Program-made: the position numbers and the translations under genes | Assembly: GCA_038045705.1 (NCBI GenBank) | Contig: JBBSXO010000003.1 | Location: forward strand, 9,237 to 73,236 | Source of the DNA: Nanobdellota archaeon | GTDB taxonomy: Archaea > Nanobdellota > Nanobdellia > Pacearchaeales > GW2011-AR1 | DNA length: 64,000 nt | Direction: 5' to 3' | The notes under the pieces: generated by a model | Told to the model about the DNA's origin: nothing | What the model saw: only the letters and a program-made list of their open reading frames with translations | Databases searched by the model: none | In this document: positions 9,651 through 18,436 of the stretch, piece by piece | Layout: each line of letters opens with the position of its first letter | Numbering within the stretch: position 1 is the stretch's first letter

Positions 9651-10602
9651 TTTCTTCTCCTATTTTATATTTCATGCTACTCAAAAGGTAAGGCTTAATT
9701 ATTTTAACTAATTTTTTAGTATCATCTTGTTTAAACCTTAAATAATAATATTTACCATCTCTAAAACCAATTGTTGGATCTAGTCCAAATTTGTTATTAA
9801 AAAACTTTTTCATTAAATTATGCTCTTCTAAAGAATAAGCATTGGTGCATAAAATAATATAACCTTGAGTTCTGCTATAACTCCCATCATCACATACCCA
9901 TACTGCCAAGGAAGATGGATTTAACTGGTCTAAAATTTCTTGAGTTATAATCTTTCTTCCATTTTTGTAAAATAAATTTCTATAATAATTAAAAGCAGGA
10001 TGAGTATTTGTTGCAAAGTCCATAGCTTCGATAATGTGATCCTTAACTTTTCTTTTTACTTCTCTAAATTCACTTATCTTAAAATTCTTTAAAATATCAT
10101 GTTTCCATTGCGCATATAGTCTTTGCTTTGTCGAATGAGTAAATCTAAAGCAACTATTTTTTTCTCTCTGCCTTACACTAGCATCTCCCAATAAACTCCC
10201 CAATACTAAGTCATGCTCCTCCTGAGTTAACAAAATTCTAGGATTATTAGCTAAATCAAAATTCCATTTTTTAACAGATTCATATAATTTTCTTGCACTT
10301 AAAAAGTTAATATCATTTAGTTCAGCAAATTTCATTAATTCTCTATCAGTTCTTATTCTAGATAGAGCATTTGCTTTGCTTTTATGGATATTAGGAAAGA
10401 AAGATAAAATGCGGGCTTCTTCAACTGCATGTTGTAAGACATAAGGTTTGACATGAATTTCTTGAGATAAAATAAATATATCTCCATGTTTCTTAACTTT
10501 CCTCCTAAGTTCAATTATATCAAACTTTTTACGTATCTCTCCTAAATTATCTAAAACCTTGATATTTTCACCCGTATAACCTTTTTCACTCATACAAGTC
10601 AA
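9640..10602 (-). CDS. LAGLIDADG homing endonuclease (two-motif, single-chain) carrying a GyrB-like N-terminal ~20 aa
   Basis: Motif 1 is LVLGSLLGDASV and motif 2 is LAVWVCDDGSYS. The N-terminus MSEKGYTGENIKVLDNLGEIRKK parallels GyrB MASEKEAKNYSGENIKVLEGLEGVRHR. Its 3' end overlaps the gyrB start by 11 nt. Confidence 0.75.
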   Translation of the reverse strand: MTCMSEKGYTGENIKVLDNLGEIRKKFDIIELRRKVKKHGDIFILSQEIHVKPYVLQHAVEEARILSFFPNIHKSKANALSRIRTDRELMKFAELNDINFLSARKLYESVKKWNFDLANNPRILLTQEEHDLVLGSLLGDASVRQREKNSCFRFTHSTKQRLYAQWKHDILKNFKISEFREVKRKVKDHIIEAMDFATNTHPAFNYYRNLFYKNGRKIITQEILDQLNPSSLAVWVCDDGSYSRTQGYIILCTNAYSLEEHNLMKKFFNNKFGLDPTIGFRDGKYYYLRFKQDDTKKLVKIIKPYLLSSMKYKIGEENGI

Positions 10603-10644
10603 AATAGAAAAACACCTTTATAAACCTTTATGCATAAAATTAAT

Positions 10645-10662
10645 CATTTATCGACGATAAAA
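10645..10662. promoter_or_regulatory. Palindrome TTTATCG-A-CGATAAA in the L24e/homing-endonuclease intergenic region; candidate operator
   Basis: A perfect 7+1+7 palindrome is seen. Related half-sites recur at 18022-18036 and 18058-18070. Confidence 0.25.
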
Positions 10663-10688
10663 TAGTCAAATAAAATTTAGAAAAAACA

Positions 10689-10886
10689 TCACTTTTTTAC
10701 AGCTTTATGCACATTTCTATAAGCTTCTGTCCAACTAACTCTCTTTCTATCTCTCTTAAGTTTCAGATGACTTTTGTGACACTTTGAGCTACAATAATAA
10801 TTAGTGCTTCCATCATTCTTTAATAAATAAGTTCCCATGAAATCCTCTTGTTCCCTTCCACAGAAAGTACATTTTGCCAAACTCAT
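10689..10886 (-). CDS. rpl24e: Ribosomal protein L24e
   Basis: CTFCG...YCSSKC zinc-ribbon with ...WTEAYR. 65 aa. Confidence 0.9.
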   Translation of the reverse strand: MSLAKCTFCGREQEDFMGTYLLKNDGSTNYYCSSKCHKSHLKLKRDRKRVSWTEAYRNVHKAVKK

Positions 10887-10888
10887 GT

Positions 10889-11188
10889 TTAAGAATGGGC
10901 TCCTTTTGTAGCACCTTTAACACGACGTGCCTCAATTTCAGTTTCTCTTAATGTAATTAAATCTCCAATTCTTACAGGTCCTTTAACATTTCGCCTCATT
11001 TCTTTACCGTTATTCCTACCTTCTAAAATTTTACATTCAACTTGAGTTATCTCTCCCCTAGCACCAGTTCTTAAAATCAATTTTTGAATAACTGCTTTCG
11101 CAGGAGTCTCATTAGAAAGTTTACCTGGAGAACTAGACGGAGACTGATTTGTATTTTCCTTAACTGGTCTAAGTTTGTTTCCACCCAT
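10889..11188 (-). CDS. rps28e: Ribosomal protein S28e (with N-terminal extension)
   Basis: PAKAVIQKLILRTGARGEITQVECKILEG...NVKGPVRIGDLITLRETEIEARR. Confidence 0.9.
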   Translation of the reverse strand: MGGNKLRPVKENTNQSPSSSPGKLSNETPAKAVIQKLILRTGARGEITQVECKILEGRNNGKEMRRNVKGPVRIGDLITLRETEIEARRVKGATKGAHS

Positions 11189-11190
11189 TT

Positions 11191-11505
11191 TTACTTGCCT
11201 CTTGAGTTATGTAATATCTGTATTTCTTTATCTGCTTCACCAGCATCAATTATTGCAACAGCACTTGTAGAAACAGGAATTCCAACAGCAACACCTAGTT
11301 TTTGCTTAGAGTCCACTTCAAAGCAAGGAATATTTTTCTCTTTAGAAAGAACTGCAAGATGAGCAACAATTTCCTTAGGACTTACATCAGCAGCATAAAA
11401 TACAGCTTTAGCAACTCCTCTTTCAATTGCTTTAGTAACTTCGTTAGTTCCCTTATCGACCTTTCCAGTCTTTCTTGCCTTTTCTATTATATTGTAGTAG
11501 TCCAT
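11191..11505 (-). CDS. rpl7ae: Ribosomal protein L7Ae
   Basis: KTGKVDKGTNEVTKAIERGVAKAVFYAADVSPKEIV...IPCFEVDSKQKLG. Sits in the conserved L7Ae-S28e-L24e gene order. Confidence 0.92.
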   Translation of the reverse strand: MDYYNIIEKARKTGKVDKGTNEVTKAIERGVAKAVFYAADVSPKEIVAHLAVLSKEKNIPCFEVDSKQKLGVAVGIPVSTSAVAIIDAGEADKEIQILHNSRGK

Positions 11506-11642
11506 TTTCTAAAACCAACAGTAAAGAGTAAGCCTCATTAGTCATTGGCTAAAAAAGCTCGAATTGAGTCTTTATAAATCTTACTCTATAAGATAAAATT
11601 ATGCTTGCAGATATCAGTCAACTTTGCATAACCTTTGTCATT

Positions 11643-13109
11643 CTATAAATTACTGTTACAGTCAACCTCCTCTAAAATTACCTTTTCAGGCGCCATTATT
11701 TGATAGTCAGGTCCAGTAATTTCAACCATAAAGTTCATAGTAATATGTGTAAGATTAATTTCATTGTCCATGTTATAATCCTTGCATAAATAATTCAAGT
11801 AATAAGACCTATAAATCTCATAATTTCTATCCCACATATTCATTAAATACTTTCTCCATCTTTCATGGGTGTATAAATTAGCAACATGATGAGGTTTCTC
11901 GAATGTAACAACTTGATCAGTCAACAAATCAATATGATCACCATTAGCAAGTTCACCATCAATAACATACCATCCATCTTCTTTGAGTGGAAATGGTGAA
12001 AACATATTCCAATATTGATCTATTCTCAGCTTTTGAGCAATAACCTCCCATTTATCGGGTACAGCATTACTTTTGCCAAGTGTCTGAATATTCCATAATA
12101 GTATGTAAATTATAAAGAAAAATGCAATCAAATTAAAAACTACTTTCTTCCAATTTATTTTAATATTATCTAATTCGTAATAATAAAGCTTTTTATCTCT
12201 TAGAAAATTAAGTTTATTTGATATTTTATCCCAAAATGCCGAAGGTAAAAATAAGATAAAAGCAACAATCCCTACAAATGGAAAATGTCCTAAATTAAGA
12301 AATAGAGCCATTCCAATCAAAGTTGCAAGGAAAGCGAACGTAGTTGCTATTCTAATTTGTTTAAAGAAAAATGGCACAAATAAAAGAATTGGACCAATAA
12401 GTTCAAGAAAATAAACAAAATGAGTCATACCAAACATTAAATCAGGATAATTAAGCAGAAACTTTCCTAAATGTGTAGCAAATTGATCAAGTTGTAGAGC
12501 ATAATAAATTGCAGTACCATTAGGAAACCATTCATTGCCAGTTTTAAGCAAAGCAGAAAAGAAATAAACAAAGGCTACTTGTAAAAGAATTCCTGCAGTT
12601 CCAAAAGACACAACATTTTTGTTATTACCATCTTTAACTTTTCCTCGTATTGCATCAAGAGAATATCTTAAATTAAGAGGTAAGAACATAGCCCAAAATA
12701 ATAATACTCTTAACATTATATCTCCACCTTGTAATATTGTAGGATTACGTGAATGAAGAGATATCAATAAAAACCACGAAACAATTGTAGCTAATCTAGT
12801 CTTATAACCTAATAATAATAAAATTGCGAATAAGCCTGCAATCATAAACAAAATAGACTGGAACAAAAAACCACCACTTATAATATGTATTGATACCCAC
12901 CCAGTATCTGCAAATATCGAATTATAAAAATCAAGAGGTAAAACTCCATAATCTGTATAGTGGGCAACTAATGCAAAACTTCTAACAATTAAATCAAAAA
13001 TCAAAATTAACGCCAAACAAATTCTAAAGATAGAAAGAGCACGAGCATCTATACCAAAAACATTTTTAACACCATCTTCAATTCTTTTAATCATCGTCGG
13101 AAATAGCAA
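11643..13109 (-). CDS. HTTM-domain (vitamin-K-dependent gamma-carboxylase-like) polytopic membrane protein with a C-terminal soluble domain
   Basis: N-terminal LSIFRICLALILIFDLIVR and a later SLHSRNPTILQGGDIMLRVLLFWAMFLPLNLRYSLD block match my recollection of the HTTM family. Multiple TM helices. The gene starts 24 nt downstream of the acidic giant protein gene. Confidence 0.55.
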   Translation of the reverse strand: MLFPTMIKRIEDGVKNVFGIDARALSIFRICLALILIFDLIVRSFALVAHYTDYGVLPLDFYNSIFADTGWVSIHIISGGFLFQSILFMIAGLFAILLLLGYKTRLATIVSWFLLISLHSRNPTILQGGDIMLRVLLFWAMFLPLNLRYSLDAIRGKVKDGNNKNVVSFGTAGILLQVAFVYFFSALLKTGNEWFPNGTAIYYALQLDQFATHLGKFLLNYPDLMFGMTHFVYFLELIGPILLFVPFFFKQIRIATTFAFLATLIGMALFLNLGHFPFVGIVAFILFLPSAFWDKISNKLNFLRDKKLYYYELDNIKINWKKVVFNLIAFFFIIYILLWNIQTLGKSNAVPDKWEVIAQKLRIDQYWNMFSPFPLKEDGWYVIDGELANGDHIDLLTDQVVTFEKPHHVANLYTHERWRKYLMNMWDRNYEIYRSYYLNYLCKDYNMDNEINLTHITMNFMVEITGPDYQIMAPEKVILEEVDCNSNL

Positions 13110-13132
13110 GAAAAAGTAGTAATTAAACTTAT

Positions 13133-16100
13133 TTAATTTCTACCAAAAAGTCTCTTAAAAAACCTTATCAAAGCATTATCTATCTTAGCATCCTCTCCAG
13201 CAATAACAGCCCCCCCACCAGTACTTCCACCACTGTCTCCACCACTTGTCGACCCCCCACTATCTCCACCAGAAGTTGAGCCACTCGTAGAACCGCCAGA
13301 ATCTCCTGATGTTGAGCCCCCTGTATACGACCCCCCACTAGTATAGGAACCACTATCTCCTCCCGTATATGAACCACCAGTATAACTTCCTCCAGTATAA
13401 GAACCGCCTGTGTAGCTACCCCCAGTATAACCAGAACCAGTTGTTGTTCCACTATATGATCCTCCACTAGTATAACCGGAACCAGTGTATGAACCACCTG
13501 TGTAAGATCCACCAGTATATGATCCCCCAGAAGAAGGATAAGCAGCAGCATAAGCAGCTGCATCAGCTGCAGCACTATAACCTTCAGGACCATAATTCCC
13601 TCCACTATAGGTATTTGTTGCAGGATCATAAGTTCCATAACCTCCCGGATATGAGTTATAAGGTGTTCCCCCTACAGGGCCAGTATAAGATCCACTATAA
13701 GGAGCAACCCCTCCAGGATAAGCTCCACCGGGCCACCCTGCTGCAGCTGCAGCAGGATTATAACCACCATAACCTGAAGCTCCAGGACCCATGGAACCAC
13801 CCATTGAAGCACCATATTCTTCAGCAGTAACAGTACTTCCGTCAGGTCTAACACCATTATACATCCCATCAGGTCTCACATGCCAAATAATTCCATTACC
13901 AGTACCATCGACGATTGTAGAGGGTCTTGCAACATAAGCTCCTTGTTGACCAGCGTAAGAACCAAATGTAGCTGCACCACCATAGTAACCATTGTAATTT
14001 CCACCAGCAACATAACTTCCATATCCAGCATATCCAGATCTACCACTAGATGAAGGAGTAGCAGGACTTAAACTTGGAGAGCCATCCACGGGAGCAGTTG
14101 GAGAAGGAGCAACACTTCCATCTATTTTCCAAGAACCATCAGCATTTTTTACCCAAGTGTTTCCATTCATGTCTTCTTGCTTTTCTTTACCCTCTTCAAC
14201 TCGATATTTCGGATCAAATTTTTGATAATTATCATATTGAGTATAAGTTCCGCTGGGATTGTAAACATAATAAGAATTAGAGTAAGTATTTTGTCTTACT
14301 TCAGTAGGAGCTGTACTTCCTTCACTGGTAGTGTAATATCCCCCATATTTATAGTCGCCACAGCCAACACATTCACCTGTTTTCATATTCCATGATTTGC
14401 TTCCATCACTAGCAGCCCACATGCCTGTTGCAGCATCAAATCCCCAAGGTTTTCCAGTGGCATCAACTACGCCCTCGACATAAGGTTTAACTTGTCCCCT
14501 ATAATCCGTATATGTTCCATCTGGAGCTACATAACCATAAGCACTTGGTGGAGGTGCAAAAACATTCCCACTAGAAGATTGCCAAGTTCCATCAGAAGAG
14601 TCCCAAGACCAAATTATGCCTTTAGCATCAGTATAACTGCCAGCATTTTCATGACCAACAGGACCATCTACAAAAGAACGCTGTACTACAACGCCATTAG
14701 TAGATTCTTTCCAAACACCATCTCCTTCATAATGCCATTTAGAGCCATCAGCAACAGAATAAACATATTCGTCGTTTGTCGCATCATAATTGTAAACATC
14801 ATCATGATAAAGAGTTCCTTCAGAAGGGGTAAATACTTGTCCGCTCTCTCCATTTACTAAAGAGGTCTCCCAAGTTGGATCATAGTCCCATTGAGTGACA
14901 AGTCCTGTATTATCTGTATAAGTAACTGAAATAGGACCTACTAATCCAACTCCATCTCCTTCAAAAATATAAGTTCCTTCAGCATAAGGCAAAGCAACTT
15001 CTTCATGGTTTGCAATAACTGTTTCTACTGTCTCTGCCTCTGTTTCAGAAGCAGTTTCTTCGGTGGCTGAATCACTAGATTCTACATTTGCCTCATAACC
15101 TGTTGTCGAGAAAATATACTCTACAATTGTTCCATCAGCAGCTTCTGACCTATAATTATAAACTTCATTTCCTCTTTCAAAATCAGCTGTTGTAGCAAAA
15201 CCAACAGGGTATTCCTGAGTATAACTTACACCAGATCTTGTAGTTACAACATAATTATTCTCCCCGTAAGTATAAATATAACCAGTAGCAGGATCAGAGT
15301 AAGGAACACTATGAGCATATGCTCCTGCCCAAACATAATTCTCATTCCATTCTCCATCTCTATATCCTCTAATAACTCCGTCTTCTCCAACTTCAATTCT
15401 TCCAAGAGGAACAGCATCTGTATTCTCTCCTTCAGTTTGTTCAGTTTCTGTAGTAATCATTCCAGGACCAAAAAAGTCCTCTGCTTGTCCATAAACAGCA
15501 TTCCATTCTTGTGCCCATCTTTCACCAACTGCCCTTTCTAAATCATTACCAGTTAACCCATCAGCAGTTAATTCAGCTCTCCATTGTTCCATCACTCCAT
15601 TTCCATATAATTGTTGTCCGAGAAGTCTTGCATTTTCTGCTCTTACATTTTCAGCACGTAAAGCAACTAATCTTTCAGGATCATCAGCATACTCTTGCAC
15701 AAGAGAATCATAATCTTCAATCAATTCCTCTGCAATTAATTGCTCTCTTTCTGTTTCAGCGACCAATTCTTCTGGAGTGAATGGCTCTGTATAAGCTAAA
15801 ACATCTTCATCAACATTACTAACCTCAGCGCCATCTGCAATTAATTCAGCGTTCTCTAAAAGAGATTCACTTTCTTGCAAGTGACCAAATCCTTCTAGAC
15901 TAAGCTCGGCTTCTTCAGCATGTAAACATTCAGTAGCATGCCTGTGAGCGGTATTCAATAATTCTCTTATTGCTTCTGCTCTTTCTGTATCTCCTTCTGC
16001 CTCTAGTTGATTAGCTTCTTCTTGCAATTGTATGATCTGATCTCTAACTTCTGCAATGGTTTGAGTATTAGCTATAGCCTGCATTCTTGCTTGTAAAGTT

Positions 16101-16759
16101 GGGTCATTGCTAAATGCGTAATCTTGAAAAGTATTTCCAACTTCAAATGTTGAAGCATCACTGTTTTCAGCCACACCTTCAATAACTTCAATTCTTCTGC
16201 CCTCTACACCTGCATTTACATCTGCGACAGACAGTTGGATATCATTAAGTAAATCTAAAGTTTCAGCCTCATCTATTACACCATTAGCAATCTGTTCATC
16301 TAATGCAATTTCAAGAATATCAACATATTCGCTATAAGTCAAAGCCGTTTCAAATTCACCTGCTAATTCAATAGCAACAGAGTCAAAATTGTCAAGAGTA
16401 ACTCCTTCAACACTAACTTCTTCAACTTCTAAATCTGCTTCAATACCTGCTAATTCTTCAGCCATTCCATTCAATGCATCTTGTGCAGCTTCTATATCTC
16501 CATCTTCAATACAAATACCTGCTTCGTGATAATATTCTTCAGGAGTATGAGTGAAATCTAGAAAATCATACCAATCTTGGGGAGTTATTCCTGCAACATC
16601 CTCGCTAAAAACTATTTCACTAGTAGAATCAACTCCAGACAAATCTTCAGTTTCAGGAGCATCTTGTGCATAAACACTAACACCAAAAAAACTAAAGAAG
16701 ATTAATGATATTAAAAAAATAGAACTTACCCTCGAGAAAATCAATTTATTTCCCATCAC
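13133..16759 (-). CDS. Large (1208 aa) secreted, highly acidic (Glu/Asp/Ala-rich) protein with a beta-rich W/Y/G middle region and a C-terminal GGSYT tandem array
   Basis: Signal peptide MMGNKLIFSRVSSIFLISLIFFSFFGVSVYAQD. The N-terminal half is about 25% D/E. W..DG.W repeats occur in the middle. Nucleotide composition is visibly GC-richer than the surrounding sequence. Confidence 0.8.
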   Translation of the reverse strand: MMGNKLIFSRVSSIFLISLIFFSFFGVSVYAQDAPETEDLSGVDSTSEIVFSEDVAGITPQDWYDFLDFTHTPEEYYHEAGICIEDGDIEAAQDALNGMAEELAGIEADLEVEEVSVEGVTLDNFDSVAIELAGEFETALTYSEYVDILEIALDEQIANGVIDEAETLDLLNDIQLSVADVNAGVEGRRIEVIEGVAENSDASTFEVGNTFQDYAFSNDPTLQARMQAIANTQTIAEVRDQIIQLQEEANQLEAEGDTERAEAIRELLNTAHRHATECLHAEEAELSLEGFGHLQESESLLENAELIADGAEVSNVDEDVLAYTEPFTPEELVAETEREQLIAEELIEDYDSLVQEYADDPERLVALRAENVRAENARLLGQQLYGNGVMEQWRAELTADGLTGNDLERAVGERWAQEWNAVYGQAEDFFGPGMITTETEQTEGENTDAVPLGRIEVGEDGVIRGYRDGEWNENYVWAGAYAHSVPYSDPATGYIYTYGENNYVVTTRSGVSYTQEYPVGFATTADFERGNEVYNYRSEAADGTIVEYIFSTTGYEANVESSDSATEETASETEAETVETVIANHEEVALPYAEGTYIFEGDGVGLVGPISVTYTDNTGLVTQWDYDPTWETSLVNGESGQVFTPSEGTLYHDDVYNYDATNDEYVYSVADGSKWHYEGDGVWKESTNGVVVQRSFVDGPVGHENAGSYTDAKGIIWSWDSSDGTWQSSSGNVFAPPPSAYGYVAPDGTYTDYRGQVKPYVEGVVDATGKPWGFDAATGMWAASDGSKSWNMKTGECVGCGDYKYGGYYTTSEGSTAPTEVRQNTYSNSYYVYNPSGTYTQYDNYQKFDPKYRVEEGKEKQEDMNGNTWVKNADGSWKIDGSVAPSPTAPVDGSPSLSPATPSSSGRSGYAGYGSYVAGGNYNGYYGGAATFGSYAGQQGAYVARPSTIVDGTGNGIIWHVRPDGMYNGVRPDGSTVTAEEYGASMGGSMGPGASGYGGYNPAAAAAGWPGGAYPGGVAPYSGSYTGPVGGTPYNSYPGGYGTYDPATNTYSGGNYGPEGYSAAADAAAYAAAYPSSGGSYTGGSYTGGSYTGSGYTSGGSYSGTTTGSGYTGGSYTGGSYTGGSYTGGSYTGGDSGSYTSGGSYTGGSTSGDSGGSTSGSTSGGDSGGSTSGGDSGGSTGGGAVIAGEDAKIDNALIRFFKRLFGRN
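13211..13530 (-). repeat. 15-nt-period coding tandem repeat encoding (GGSYT)n / (GGDSGGSTS)n
   Basis: Protein C-terminus GGSYTGGSYTGGSYTGSGYT...GGDSGGSTSGGDSGGSTGGG. The DNA shows repeating ccaccagtata(a/t)ga-type units. Confidence 0.85.
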
Positions 16760-16795
16760 CTATCAATACAAGAATAATTTCCAACTATTTAAATC

Positions 16796-17764
16796 TTATT
16801 TCCATTTAACATTAACCATATCAGTTCTCTCGCGAGCATTAATCTCAACATCTTCTGGTTTCTTTTTAATCCCAGAATTAAATAAAATCTCACCAGTAAA
16901 AGCGATCATTCCCCCATTATCAACGAGAAATTCTTTAGCAGGACAAAATAATCTGGCTCCACGAGATTCACACATTAATCTACACATTTCTTGCAAACGC
17001 AGATTACAAGCAACTCCTCCACCTAAAACAAGTTCATTTTTACCAGTATGAGCAAGAGCTCTTTCAGCTGCTTCAACAAGCATTGCAAAAGCAGTTTCTT
17101 GCATTGAAAATGCTAAATCTTCAACACTATGACCTTTATCATAAAGTTGTTTCATTTTTGTTTGCATGCCAGAAAAAGAAACATCCATTCCCTTAATGGA
17201 ATAAGGTAGCTCAATATATTTACCATTCTTAGCCTTTCCTTCAAGAACAGGACCAGCAGGAAAAGGAACACCTACATACCTTCCAAATGTATCTATAAAA
17301 TTTCCAACTCCCAAATCAAGAGTCTCCCCAAAAACTCTATATTTTCCAGAAGAATAAGCTATAACTTGAGTATTAGCTCCAGAAGCATATAGTAAAACAG
17401 GGTCTTTAGCTCCAACACTCTGACCAATCTCGAGATGGGCAATACAATGATTTACGGGAACAAGTTGCACACCTAATCCAATAGCTTTTTCTTTAGCAAA
17501 ATTCAATCCAGCATATAAACAAGGAGCAAGTCCAGGAGCATTTGAAATAGCAATTGCCTCTATATCTGGATCAGAACATCCTGCTTTAGATAAAGCTTCT
17601 TCCCAAATTTGTTGGGCTACAAGTTTATGGTGTTCTGCACTTTTATTAGGAATTATGCCACCTTCAGAAGGCTTATACATATCTTTAACATTAGCAAGAA
17701 CATTTCCTTTAGAAACAACACCCACTCCAAAAGTATGAGCAGTAGTTTCAATACCAACTATCAT
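16796..17764 (-). CDS. kae1: tRNA N6-adenosine threonylcarbamoyltransferase Kae1 (KEOPS catalytic subunit)
   Basis: MIVGIETTAHTFGVGVV, an H-x-x-x-H metal site (HCIAHLEIG), and an ASKH-fold GG motif. 322 aa, with no Bud32 fusion. Confidence 0.9.
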   Translation of the reverse strand: MIVGIETTAHTFGVGVVSKGNVLANVKDMYKPSEGGIIPNKSAEHHKLVAQQIWEEALSKAGCSDPDIEAIAISNAPGLAPCLYAGLNFAKEKAIGLGVQLVPVNHCIAHLEIGQSVGAKDPVLLYASGANTQVIAYSSGKYRVFGETLDLGVGNFIDTFGRYVGVPFPAGPVLEGKAKNGKYIELPYSIKGMDVSFSGMQTKMKQLYDKGHSVEDLAFSMQETAFAMLVEAAERALAHTGKNELVLGGGVACNLRLQEMCRLMCESRGARLFCPAKEFLVDNGGMIAFTGEILFNSGIKKKPEDVEINARERTDMVNVKWK

Positions 17765-17846
17765 AAAATTACCAGTAAAAAATTCTATTTAAATATAATT
17801 ACTTAAATAAAAAAATAAACAAAACAAAAATAACCAAACTAAAACG

Positions 17847-17976
17847 TCAAACTATCGACGTTTCTTCTTTCTCCCACCACGAGACATTTTAGCTTCACAA
17901 ACATTGCCCTGTGCATCAACATAGTATAAGTAACCGTGTTGGCGCTTAACAATATTCTTCGCAATAATTTTTCCCA
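17847..17976 (-). CDS. Small basic protein (41 aa) absent from the ORF track: MGKIIAKNIVKRQHGYLYYVDAQGNVCEAKMSRGGRKKKRR
   Basis: A GGAGGTG Shine-Dalgarno-like motif lies 4 nt upstream of the ATG. The ORF sits in the Kae1/DUF192 intergenic gap. Basic C-tail. Confidence 0.45.
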
Positions 17977-18058
17977 TAAACACCTCCGACAATCCAAAAA
18001 TCAACCTAATATTTAAATGTTTGTATTTATCGACGGTAAAACGAACTCCAAAAATAAA

Positions 18059-18436
18059 CTAGCGACGATAATATTTTGCCAAAGTTTTAGTACTAACAAA
18101 TTTCTTTACAAGAGGAAAATTAGAATTATTAAGTGGAATTTCTACAATTCTATAAAATTTTCTCTTTTGAGAAATAGAAAAAGTAAATGGTCTGACAATT
18201 TTAAAGCCAATAACTTTATTTTTTTCATCAAGCCATAAAGTCAAAAATGGGAAAAATACAAATAATGATGTTAAATTACCTTGCCAAGTCACTGCTCTTG
18301 AAAAATCAAAGAGCAAAATGCTAGTATCTTTAGTTCTAAAAGTCAAACCTAAACCTCTGCTAAAAAAACCAGTTTGCCTAACGCTGAATTCAATTTTCCG
18401 CCCATTAAAGGAAACGACAAGTCTCATAAATATCAA
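18059..18436 (-). CDS. DUF192 (COG1430)-like protein
   Basis: FFSRGLGLTFRTKD...LLFDF resembles the DUF192 R-x-x-GLM-x-R core. Confidence 0.45.
   Translation of the reverse strand: MIFMRLVVSFNGRKIEFSVRQTGFFSRGLGLTFRTKDTSILLFDFSRAVTWQGNLTSLFVFFPFLTLWLDEKNKVIGFKIVRPFTFSISQKRKFYRIVEIPLNNSNFPLVKKFVSTKTLAKYYRR

Noticed and set aside
13211-13530. Possible CRISPR array suggested by short tandem repeats
   Set aside because: The repeats are 15-nt, contiguous, without spacers, and in frame within a CDS. No cas genes are present. This is a coding tandem repeat.
13180-13869. ORFs 13180-13638 (-), 13489-13830 (+), 13672-13869 (-) with Q/L/H-rich translations
   Set aside because: They lie within or antisense to the (GGSYT)n tandem repeat of the acidic giant gene. 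They are repeat-driven low-complexity reading frames, not independent genes.
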